From positions 7,688,001 through 7,752,000 of the forward strand of contig CM102290.1 in the NCBI GenBank assembly GCA_046563655.1: DNA of 64,000 nucleotides, read 5' to 3'. Made by a program: the position numbers and the translations under genes. Below are positions 51,185-62,660 of this stretch, one piece after another; position 1 is the first letter of the stretch, and every line of letters starts with the position of its first letter. Under the pieces are notes generated by a model. It saw only the letters and a program-made list of their open reading frames with translations. It was not told the origin of the DNA and did no database searches. This DNA comes from Yuukianura sp. NJ FZ-2021 (taxonomy: Eukaryota).

Positions 51185-52706
51185 ATGGCAGATTGTTACA
51201 CGTTCCTGTTTGCTCCAATGGACGGCACAGGTAGTGTGAATCCTTTAATAGGATTAGCCGAACAACTGCTTCACAGGCGGCATAAGGTCGTATTCGCCAC
51301 GCCCGTAAATTGGAAAGGAAAACTGGAAGCGCTCGGTTTCATCGAAGAATTGTTAGACGCGCCTGCGTCAGACGAAGATCCAAACAATGCAACAGAGCAA
51401 CAAAATCGCGGCGACAAGTTTGCACAAATTTTGGCTAAATCCTGTGCTGCGGCTCGGTTACCACCAATTGAGCGACATGAAGCTTTGCATCTTGAAATTT
51501 TTGCGGAACTTTTTAACCAAAACAAAAATCAACATCAAAGGTTGAAAGAAATCATGAGCAAAGTAAAACCGGACGTGGTAATCGCTGATCAAGTCATTCA
51601 TATACCAGCATTAATGGATAGCGGTAATTTCAATAATTTAAGAGGAATAATAAATATGATCGAATTGAAAAGATAATTGGTGGTGGCGTTAGGTACTCCG
51701 TGGATACTTTGCGTTCTTTACAACCCCATCGGAATCTCGAGGACTCCCGATGCCCCTCCACCATATTCTGGATATGCAGAAGATAGTGATCGAAGTCTAT
51801 GGAAAAGTTATGACGACAAAGCCAAAGAGGTATATCGAGATTTTGTTCAAGATATTAAGAACTGGAATATCGAAAATGGCGGGCCGCCAGACGAATTCAC
51901 CTTTCCTAATTTCGTCAAATCTTCGCCCTGGGGAAATCTTTACATGTATCCAATTGAGTTGGATTATACTCCGCTTCGTCCAAATCCACCGAATTGGCAT
52001 CGCTTCGACACCTTCGTAAGAAATACTGAAGGAAGCTTTGAAATTCCAGAGAAACTGAAGACAGGTCAAGGGAAACTTGTGTATTTCTCTATGGGCACAA
52101 TTGGATCAGCAGACATTGACCTCATGAAGAGACTCGTCAAATTACTCGCAAAGTCACCAAACAGATTCATTGTGTCGAAAGGTAAATTTTATAAAAAGTC
52201 AAATTTTTATTTTCATTTTGACAACTTTAAATATTTGTAGGACCCAGAGGAGATGAACTCGAACTGGCTGACAATATGTGGGGAGAGAATAGCGTTCCCC
52301 AGACGAGAGTGCTGCCATTGGTTGACCTTGTGATTACCCACGGGGGGAACAACACAGTGACAGAATCATTCTACTTTGGCAAACGGACGTTAGTTCTAGG
52401 ACATCTATGGGATCAACTCGGTTAGAAATTCTTTCACTTGAAAATTTTACACAATTTGAATAATGGCGAAACACATTTTTCCAAATCGTAGATAATGCCC
52501 AGCGTATTCACGATACTGGCTTGGGCTTGCGTCTAGATCCCTATAAGGTTACTCAGGACCAACTCCTAAACAGCATTGAGCGATTACTGGCCGATGACCT
52601 GTTGGAGAGAAGAATGAAATCTATTTCAAAACGAATTCAATCCTCCAATGGCCAATCCGCAGCGGCAGATTTGATTGAAAACATTGCAGCAAAATGCCGA
52701 GTGTAG
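51185..52706 (+). CDS. UGT: UDP-glycosyltransferase (GT1, cytosolic mite/bacterial type) copy 2, intact, 440 aa; exons 51185-51623, 51693-52181, 52241-52420, 52492-52706
   Basis: Exons total 1323 nt in frame with GT-AG junctions. Motifs: KLVYFSMGTIGS, RFIVSKG, and the UGT signature VPQTRVLPLVDLVITHGGNNTVTESFYFGKRTLVLGHLWDQLDNAQR. There is no signal peptide and no C-terminal TM helix, unlike canonical insect or vertebrate ER UGTs. Confidence 0.92.
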
Positions 52707-53059
52707 AACAACAATTTAAAAACACTTTAAGTTTACTGGTTCACGACTTGCAATTTGCAAACTCTATAAGCTTTCTATTCCTTCCATATTTTGGCGACTT
52801 TTACAGGTTGTGTACTGCTCTGTTTGTCTGTAACAGGCTTTAATTGTATGAAAATCATTTAAAACAACGAAACAGGTACCATGAACCACTTTAATTGCTA
52901 CAACCCTATGCAATTCTTATTTCATTCGGAATCATTTATTAAATTCTCAATTCATATTTCATAGCATAGTGATTTTCACATTTTGGTCTCGTAGACATGC
53001 ATTGTGCAAGACACTGTGGAAAAAGTACAAAAAACTGTCATTGTAGATTGGCATCGGAT

Positions 53060-53817
53060 CCCCGCATTCCCCTTCCGAGTCTGCACATCCGTTTCCGTGA
53101 TGTAAATGGAGCATAACCTTGACCTATGACACCAATATAGGTCACTTAAGGTGAATCCAAAAACTGATTTTTAGTCGCCTGGAGGTTTGTAGTTACTCAT
53201 TAAAAAGCTGCAAGGTCACAAAGTTGTTGTCTCAATGCGATGAACACCTTTTGTAAGGGTCATTTTTTTGATTTCCGTGAAAAAATGTGCTTGACCTTGA
53301 CCTTTGACCCGGAAATTGGCCACTTCCGGTCAAACCAGAGACCGATTAGTCACCCCTGTACCATGTGGAGGTCATCTGCGAAGACAGGTTGAAAATCGGT
53401 ATTGTGATTCCTGAGTTATAGACGCGCGTAGAATGAGCGACGCCATTTTGCAACTTTCATCGTCTATATCTCCAGAACCGTAGGTCAAAGGTCAAGGTCA
53501 CCTACAGCAAAGTTGTTCCCCTCAATGAAATGAACAACTTTTGTACAGGCCATTTGTCCAAATTCCGTCGAAAATGTACTTGACCTTGACCTTTGACCCG
53601 GAAGTTGGCCACTTCCGGTCAAACCGAAAACCACTTATCCACCCCTGGACCATGTGCAGTTCATCTGTGAAGACAGATTGAAAATCGGTCCAGCGGTTCC
53701 AGAGATGTTGTGGCTAGTATAGTCGGACGGACAGACGGACGGACAGACGGACGGACAGACGGACGGACACACTGACGGACGGCCATTACGATCCCTATAA
53801 GTATCTGACGATACTTA
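53060..53817. mobile_element. Helentron/HINE (DINE-1-like) element with a ~289-bp internal tandem duplication
   Basis: The right end ATCTGACGATACTTA (53803-53817) is identical to that of the 47.9-kb copy and forms the hairpin TAAGTATC-tgac-GATACTTA. It carries a (GACG/GACA)n microsatellite at ~53725-53782 and duplicated blocks starting AAGTTGTT at 53221 and 53510, each with TGACCTTGACCTTTGACCCGGAA. The left boundary is not defined. Confidence 0.72.
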
Positions 53818-55419
53818 ATAAAGATAGATAATTTGGATGGATGTATAATTTGTAAAGTTCACTTGGATTTAGTACCACACGTTAAAGAAATGGCAGTTAA
53901 GCATTCCTTTTAAAAAGGGATTTTGCTTTTAAAGCAAAACAGCAAAAAAAAAAGCTATTTCCAGCAAAAACCGAAGCATCACCTTTTAGAAAGGAACACT
54001 GATCTTAAGAAGAAACTTAATAAGAAGGAACTCAATGCCTCAATTTAATTTATAGCAAAATGTTTAATAGGCATCGATTGTACCATTTTTGTGAATCTCT
54101 ATGAATGTTTTTATCAAGTATTACACATAATTTCTGTGTGCAATTTATTTGAAAAATGACCATGAATTTCAATTAGAAAGGGAAAATCGACTGGTTTGTT
54201 AGCAAGCCTAATTCCAAATTAGCTTTTTTCTACTCTCCTGTCCCATTTTCTGCATCTGTGGAAAGTAAACGCCCATAATGTACAGAGAGATTCATTGTGA
54301 CAAGGAGAGAATGGAAAGCAAGCAGCAAAAAGAAGAAAAAATCAGAGACGTACAGAACGAGCACGGGAACACTTTTGTTGATGAATGTCCTCCGGTTTGA
54401 TTGTCGAAATTCAAAAGATTCGGCGCTTTTTCTTTTTTCACCAGCCTTTTCACCGAAAAAACCTGAAATGGAGAACCGTCGACGAAGAGAAACGAAATTT
54501 TGGCTTTGGTTAGAGCCAAAGGGGAAATGAAAAAAAAAACGGAAAAACCGAAAAAACGAGGAGCAGAAAAAACGGTAACTTTTTCTTCCATTTCATTCTA
54601 CCCATTTTTTTCTTTCAAAATCCGCGGCGGGCATTCTCTGTTTCTCCCTCGCTTTGGCTGCTAAAGGCTCCACTGGAATGCCGTGTCTTTCCAGGAGGTT
54701 GAGCAGGAGCAGGGGAGGGAAGTTTTGAATTTGCGACTGGCTTCTAGCTCTGCTTTCACTTTCTCCTTCATCCTCTACCAGACGAGTCGTGCGTCGGTTT
54801 CCCCTGCTCTTGCCCTACTCCAAACCTTGTTTGCCAGAAGAGAAAACAAGAAAAAATTAAACCGAATCGAGTTCTTTTTTTCAAAAATTAATTTGGGCTA
54901 AATCGTACTTTTCTTGTTTTCCTGTATTCCTGTGCGCTGTTTTCAATTTTTATCAATTTGTTTAAAAAGTTGTCTTTTCTATTTGTTTTTTTTTATTTTG
55001 AAAAAATAACATTTACCCACACAAAATGTTTCGAAATTTCTCCTTTTACATTCTCTGTTTGCTTCCTCGTGATTTGAAATCTGCTTGATCTTGTCATACC
55101 ACAAAATCCAAAATCCTGTTTTTCAAAAAAAAACACCACAACTACTCTTACCCGCGTAAACCTGAAGTGCAAATTCCATTGCAGGAAACCAAGTGCATTA
55201 CAGAGTAAAAGTGAAAGTGGAAAATTGAATTCTGACTGTCTCTGCGTTGTTGTAGTAAATGAAATTTTTAGAACCAAGTTTGGTGCCATTTGTAGTTCGC
55301 ACGAGAGTGTTTGAAATTGAAGGATTTGAGAATGACTTGACCTGACGGGAATTTTTTTTAGCGGTGTGGTGAAAACTGTCCAGTACTTTGTGCTTACGTT
55401 GAAATTGAGCAATAAAGCA

Positions 55420-58400
55420 ATGTGTTACCTTTGGATGATTCTGTTCCTCAGTGCCACTGGAGCCTGGAGACCAGCTCTCTCTGGAAATCCAGATGCAAAG
55501 AGATTATATGACGAACTCCTGTCCAACTACAATAAGTTAGTACGTCCAGTCGTCAATACTTCGGACGTCCTCAATGTCCAAATTAGACTCAAACTATCAC
55601 AGCTCATTGATGTGGTAAGTTCTAAATGTTGCAAACGCAAAAAAATACAAGTAGGGCCAAATGAAATTTTCCAAGGGTTTTATTTCTGGCTCAGTTTATA
55701 GGCCTAAATTGGTAGCCAAACCACATATTGTTTGTTAAAAGACCCGGGAGGAGAAAGTCATGGCCAAATAAATAGAAGAAAAGGGGGAGAAAGAACGAAG
55801 AAACTTTGTCTTAAAGTTAAGCTCCTTAAGATCTTCTTATTTTCTCATTAGAGTCTCCAATGGAACCTAGGAGGTCTCCCTACTTTTTTGGAAAGTCTCC
55901 CGGGCATTTCCTTCTTTCTCCAGCTTTTCAAAAAAGCCATGGGGGTTATGGGTGGAAAAAGGCGGGAAAGAATGCCCAGTATTTCGTTTTTGAATAAACG
56001 TCATGCTTCCAGGAATTGGTGGGAACGTTGACATGTGACGGAGGGACATTGGGCTTTTGGGGAGAGACGCATCCTAGAACTCCAAAGTTTGCACAGAGCT
56101 TTCTCCAACTTTCACCGTTTCCGTAGCCTAGACGTTGTCACATTTAAAGCGACGACGGGAAAACCAAGTCCTGTGTCTATCACCACCTTGTTGTGGTTTC
56201 AGCCTAACCTAAAGGCTGGAAGGCAGAAGTGGAGTTATTATTGATGAATTCTAACAAAGATACTCTTGAAGGGCCGTTTCCTTTAGTGTTTTTGGGCCTC
56301 GAGGGCTGGAATGGAGTCTTATTAGAACATATTAGATGAAAGACCTTATTTATTACTTGAGATCTTCAAGTAAAAGATTTGAGCTTCAAAAAGACAATAG
56401 AAGATCAACGTCTTTGCGTCAGGCCGGAGGGGGACAAAGTTGAAAGCAAAAGACGATGTCACTGCTGTAACTTTCTCCGCTGGGAAAGTTACGGAGTGAC
56501 GATGATATTGATTCCGAAAAGCAGAACAAGAGCAGAAATCACTCGTTTTCAGGCGAACGCTTCAACTTTTTTTCAGTTTTTTTTTGCAGCACAAAGATGT
56601 TACGATAAAAAAGGAAACGTTAGGGTAACTCTAAACAACAGAAATGTTCCACATAGAAAAAGATTGTCAACGACCAAAACTTTTTTTGTGCGTCTTGCTT
56701 ATTTGAACACCACAAAAAATTGAAAGTTTTGTTGGGAACATTGCAGTTCCAAATTTCCGGTCAAGAATGATGTTAAAATTGGGAAAGTTGTGTTTGCAGA
56801 AAATAGTTGAGGGGTATAAGGCATATTCGATTGCGGTTGGGAAAGGATTTTGTAGATGAAAGAAAAGTGTCATGAGGTATTGCAGGAATTGGCTGAATTG
56901 ATGAATTTTTTCCTCAGGTTCTCAGCACTCTGTATCATGCTCCTCCGTTCATCTTTGTCACTCACACTGAAACCAACAGAGCATGAAAAAAACGGAGAAA
57001 AAAACGAGAAACCTCCAGTCAAAAAAAAAAATTCTCCAAAAAAAACTCCAATACCACATCTTTCAGCATTTTTCATCTAAAAAAACGATTCTTTGTTTCA
57101 CTCGTGTTCTGTACAATGTTTGTGGCATTTCCTTTTCTCATGACATGCGAATTCACGACGTGCAAATATTTTGTTGGAGCAGAAAAATATCCATTTCCGT
57201 TTTTTATTTCAAAAACAGCTTTTCGAATTTGCCCTCCAGAAAAAAAGAATACCAGTTTATACAAAAAGTTCACAAACCTATTTTTGAATTTGTACCTGGC
57301 CCATGAAATATTCGTAATTTAAAAAAATGGTTTCACATGGTGTTTTTCGGATTTTCTGGATTGATCTGTACTTACAAATTCATAAAGTATGACACGTTGG
57401 TGAGATAGTGGCAAAGAAAAATTGGTTTTTCCAAAAATGTCAACTTCGTAATGCTCAACATCTTCAAAACTAAATGTGTTTCTTACAGTATGATTCCGAA
57501 AAGTAATGCTGTTTGTTTCCCTCATGTTACGTTTTAGATTGAATGAATTTGATCCCGCAAAACACTTTTTGAACCATTTGAAACTGTTTTGAAAAAAACA
57601 GTTTGAAGATCATTAGAAATGATCTAAGCAGTACGCCAGTGTTGAGACTCTATTCCAAACTAAGAACTCAAATCGAGGTTTGACATTTTTGAAGAATTAA
57701 AAGTCCTCTCACAATAAAAATACATTATGATCGCAATTTTCAGGCCAACGTAAAAAAAATCACTTTTTTTTTGTGTAAACTCCCCTAAAACTTTCTCTTC
57801 TTCATGAATCCTATTGAGAGAGTCAATAAAGACAAGGCATTTTTCCAAAAACGTTCTAACGTAAAAGATGTGTTGTAATTTTTTTACTTTCCTTGTTTCA
57901 CTTTTAACAACAATTTTTTACATGTGAATGCATAGGGCGGGGCTATCGATTTCCCGCATAACTTTTGTAGAAATTTGTTTTCTCGTATTCCTCATTTTCT
58001 CGACAAAAGTTATTTGATTTTGAGGAATTGGGTGGTTGATTTACCAATTTCAAGTATTCAATGCTTTTTTGAAAATTTACTGTTATTTCCTTGTGCGTAT
58101 TAATTCTAATTTTGTTTTCAGAATTTGAAAAACCAAATAATGACGACCAACTTGTGGGTGGAGCAGGTACGTCATAAAAACACTTCAATTCAATTTATTG
58201 TCTAAGTTGAAATTACTAATTCCAGTGAAAACGACAGTTAACAAGTTGGGTAGAATACATACAGTCTGTTCCCAAAGAACCTTACAAGTAGGAATTAAAC
58301 TTTATTTATGACCTGTCTATTGGATTTTCCAGAACTTGGGTCGAAAAGTACAGAGCTTTCTTTGAATACACTCTTAACCCAAGCATGTATTCTTCATAAT

Positions 58401-61400
58401 CAGTTCATTCAAAAATATAAAAAATCTTCCAAACTGCCAAAACGCAAATCAGAACCACTCCCACCACGTCCATTTTTGTTTCTTAATAGCCTTTTTAATT
58501 AATTCACTTTATAATATTCTAGGAGAAAAGGAGAATCTCTGTAGATATTTGGCACCCTTGAGTCCTTTTCTAAGAGCCAACCCATTTTCTCACCGAATTT
58601 CACTTACCTAAACTGCTAATTACCCCAGTTAATAGAAGCTAGGCAAGAGGAGGAAAAAGGAAGTTCGTTGTGCGCGGGAGGCCTAATGGCAATTCTTCCA
58701 GATCGACTGCCAAGGCCAAAACAGAGCCAGTCATCATCATCTAAAAGGCGGAGGGAAGATGAGGTTTTTTGTGTGTGTGTTCACTAAGCCTCTCTTTTAA
58801 AGACCTAACCTAAACACTTTCCCCAAGGACAAAGGAAAAGTTCCTCACTTCCCCGGCAAAAGTAGAGGAGAAAATGGGCCAGAGAGGCTGCGGAAGATTT
58901 GATCTCAAAAAATAGAGAAGCATAAATCATCATTAATGGACAGAGTATGATGAGGCTACGAGAGAAAAGAAAGTGTGGGAGAAGGAAGTGTCAGGTTATG
59001 CTCACCTCATGATCTCACTCTCTTCCAGGAAGTCCAAAGGACTTCTACACTTTTTTACGTTAACAATTTCAAAAAATGATAAAAGAAAACTAAAATTTAG
59101 GAAGGGTAGAAAAGTTTCTTCTTGAACGACCTACGGACCCTTAGCTTTTCTTCTGTTTATTAAATTTAGGTTAGGTTAAGTTAGCTTTTAGTCTCTTCTA
59201 AGTTCGAAGTGAAACTTTTGGTAGGCCCTTAATACTCCCCCTCCTTATAAATTATTGTGAGAGGACAAAGGGGAAACGGAAAACTTATTCCTTTCCTTGT
59301 ATGTCACATTATTGTTAGGTTCCTTTGAACTTGGAGACAATTCAACAAAAGAAAGGCAAGGAAAGGCTTTCACCGAGGCTTTCCGCTTTTACTTTCACTT
59401 TCTTCCACAATTAGCTTTTACATCAATCCTATCCAGAGAAAAAAAATTCAAAGAAGTTTTTTTAGACAGAAAAAACGAAGGATTTTTTTTCGTTTTACTT
59501 GACTCGTTTGTTATTATGCCTGGAACACACAGGGGAGTGGAGGAGGTGCGTGCGTGCTAAACTTTCACATGCCCCTAAAACCCCACATTTTCCAAAGCCT
59601 CTGAGCTCTGTTTCGTTTTTGACGAGTGAAAGTGAAAGGTCTTGGATTTATGGCCTCAACGTAGCCATAGTTTATCCCGCTTTCTTTTCGTAGCCCATGA
59701 ATTTTTTTTTGAAATTCAACGATGATATTGGATAAAAAATGAAAGCGAAAGAGTTATAGGGTGAGGTTGAGGATGATTGAAAACGATAGAATTGAAAACG
59801 TCGTTTGAAAAATTCAAACAAGATTATTTTTGATACTGCGTTGTTGTTGCCTTTCTTTTCATAACTTCCTTTTTGATTTTTTTTTCTAAATTTGAACATT
59901 TAGTATTGGTATGACTATAAACTTCACTGGGAACCAAATGAATACGGAGGAGTGCGCATGCTCCACGTTCCAAGCGACCATATCTGGAGACCTGACATTG
60001 TAAGATTTTTGAGAAAGAAATACGTTCAAAATGAAAAAAATACGCCTTGCTAATAAAATTTGAACATCATTTTTCAGGTTCTGTATAACAAGTAAGTTTA
60101 ACTTTGAAAATCAAATTTTAATTTTTCAAAATATTTATTAGTTTTCCAAATTTTTCATACTCAGATTTTCTGTGGAATGTGCGATTCGTTTTAGAGAAAG
60201 ATCAATTCGAATTAAAATATACATTCATTGTGACAGCAAAATGAGTTTTCGAATTTAATAATTTTGAAATAAATTTAGAATTTGCGTAGTAAAATTTTGA
60301 AAAGTGAAAAATTGAAACAAAGCAAAGTTAATTTCATGTTCCCACCGTATACTTAACGCTTTAGTAAAACAGAGTTGCAGTCACTTTCATACCTTTTTTG
60401 ACACACCTAAACTGTAATTCTTTGTAAATAATTTAATAGCCTAAAAGCCACAAAGCTAATCCCCAACTTTCTTTCGGTAAACACAGTGCAGATGGAAATT
60501 TTGAGGTAACACTTGCAACAAAAGCGACAATTCATCACACGGGTCTCGTTGAATGGAAACCGCCTGCCATTTACAAATCCTCTTGTGAGGTAAACACAAT
60601 GTTGAAAAATGACAAGGAATACGCTGGCATATTCTTTTCAAATTTTTTCAAAAAAAAATTCATTTTTTTTAAAGATTGATGTAGAGTACTTTCCCTTTGA
60701 TGAACAAACGTGCATTTTAAAATTTGGAAGTTGGACATATGACGGCTTCAAAGTGGATTTGAGGCACTTCCAGGAAAATGAATCCACAACAATAGTTACG
60801 GATGGAGTAGATTTAACTGAATTTTATATTTCGGTAGAATGGGATATTTTAGAAGTTCCGGCCGAAAGGTAACAGAATTTAAAAAGCGATTCATATGTGA
60901 GGCTTGTTCCAAACTTTAGTTCGTCATGCGTTTTCCCACTTTTTTTTAACTTTCCAATCCTTTCGTTCGAGAAAAAAAAGTTTTTTAATCGAAAGTTTTT
61001 GATTAGATTGAATTGAAATTGCACGAGATTGGTGTGAGAGAACAAAAAAGGCGGCGAAAAGCTGAAATTGAGTTTGGAACAATCCGTTTTGGTAGACAAA
61101 CTTTGACTTTAGGGATTTGAGTAATTGTTTTTCTATTTTAATTTTTAGGCACGTCAAGTACTATACTTGCTGTGACGGTGATTGTCAATTTCACAGAAGC
61201 CAACAATTTTGAAAAAAAAGCCGTTAGAACAGCAGGCACTTTCAAAAAAAAAGAACAACAGTCGTCTCAAAATACAAAATTGAATTTTCAAAAGTTTCAA
61301 AAATCAAATCCATTTTTCATCTTACACTTTCTAAGTTTAATGTCATTGTTCGTCCTATAGGAAAATGTATTTTTTTTTATTTGGGAGTTTTTCAAAATAC

Positions 61401-62660
61401 CGAAAGATTTATTTTGCTATTCGTGCAAATATTTTTAATTAAAGAGAAAGTAACGTAGTTCATGGCCGATTATTAAGATTAGCAATTCAGCGTTCCTTCT
61501 CACTTTGGGAAAAGTTGTTGACCATTGGAAAGGATTTTGGAGTTGATGAGGTTCCCACGGTATCCAGTCATTTGGAAGTGCCTCTAGACGGAAAGTGCGG
61601 CTCTTGAAAATGGTTGGCTTCTGGAGAAAGTGACTAACTTTCTGTTTGGAACCTTATCTCGGTAAGCCTTCCTTTCATCACTGTTTTTCCCAGTGTCCAG
61701 CTTCATCCATTTCTCAAAATCAGTTGACAGCCTTTCATGCAGTACTGGACTCTTTAAAAGCTCCACGTTAACGATCAACGTGACCCCATTTGACCCAAAG
61801 TCCATTTTAGTCAAACCTCAAAAAATGTAAATGGACGTTCGTTGTTTGAGCTTTGGTGACAAGGGGATATAAAATGTAAACCGTGTTCGACAATTTGATT
61901 TGCGAAACATAGAGTCCTATGATCCTAATACTGTAAGCTGAGGCTGTGCAGAACGTGGTTTGAAAAAGGAACGTGGCTGGAACTGTTCGGTAGTACTAGT
62001 AGTTAATGAACAGTGGTTTTGTTTGAATGGATTAGACATCACGTTTAACATTACAATGCGACGGAAGACTCTGTTCTACACGGTGAACTTGATTATTCCG
62101 TGTATGGGAATTTCGTTCCTGACTGTGCTCACTTTCTACCTGCCATCCGATTCTGGAGAGAAGGTAAAGGCATAGCTTTCACTTTGATTACTAATTGACA
62201 ATTGACTGGAAAACTACTTGGAAGGTGTTAAGTTCTACTGTTGAAGTGACTGTTCTAGGTGACTCTGGCCATCTCCATCCTCATTAGTCTTCACGTGTTC
62301 TTCCTCCTCGTGGTGGAAATTATTCCACCGACGAGTTTAGTCGTTCCACTACTTGGGAAGTATCTCATCTTCGCCATGATCCTAGTCTCAATAAGGTACA
62401 CATAACCTAAACTTGTTTCAAAATTTTATTATTATTATTTTAAATATCAATTTATTTGAGAAAAGAATGAAGAAATTTTGGAAAATAGTTAACTTTCTCT
62501 TTTCATTCCGCAGCATCTGTGTCACCGTGGTAGTTCTGAATGTACATTTCCGTTCCCCACAGACGCACACAATGGCCCCTTGGGTCCGCCGCGTCTTTCT
62601 GCATATTCTGCCACGACTCTTAGTGATGCGGAGGCCTCAGTACTGCATGGATACGCACAG
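55420..62660 (+). CDS. nAChRalpha4: Nicotinic acetylcholine receptor alpha subunit, alpha4-like, 3'-incomplete; exons 55420-55614, 58122-58166, 59904-59999, 60078-60091, 60487-60589, 60675-60868, 61149-61177, 61650-61661, 62036-62163, 62259-62395, 62514-62660; remainder beyond the window
   Basis: Signal peptide followed by [12 protein letters not shown], Cys-loop [15 protein letters not shown], and YYTCCD. TM2-TM3 [46 protein letters not shown] carries the SLHVFF/VVE/KYLIFAM signature of insect alpha4. All junctions are GT-AG except the acceptor of exon 61650-61661. Confidence 0.9.

Noticed and set aside
58167..60486. Mutually exclusive exon 4/4' as described for insect alpha4
   Set aside because: I found no second W.DYKL.W.P.EYGG-like exon in the flanking introns by eye; a tBLASTn search would be needed to exclude it.
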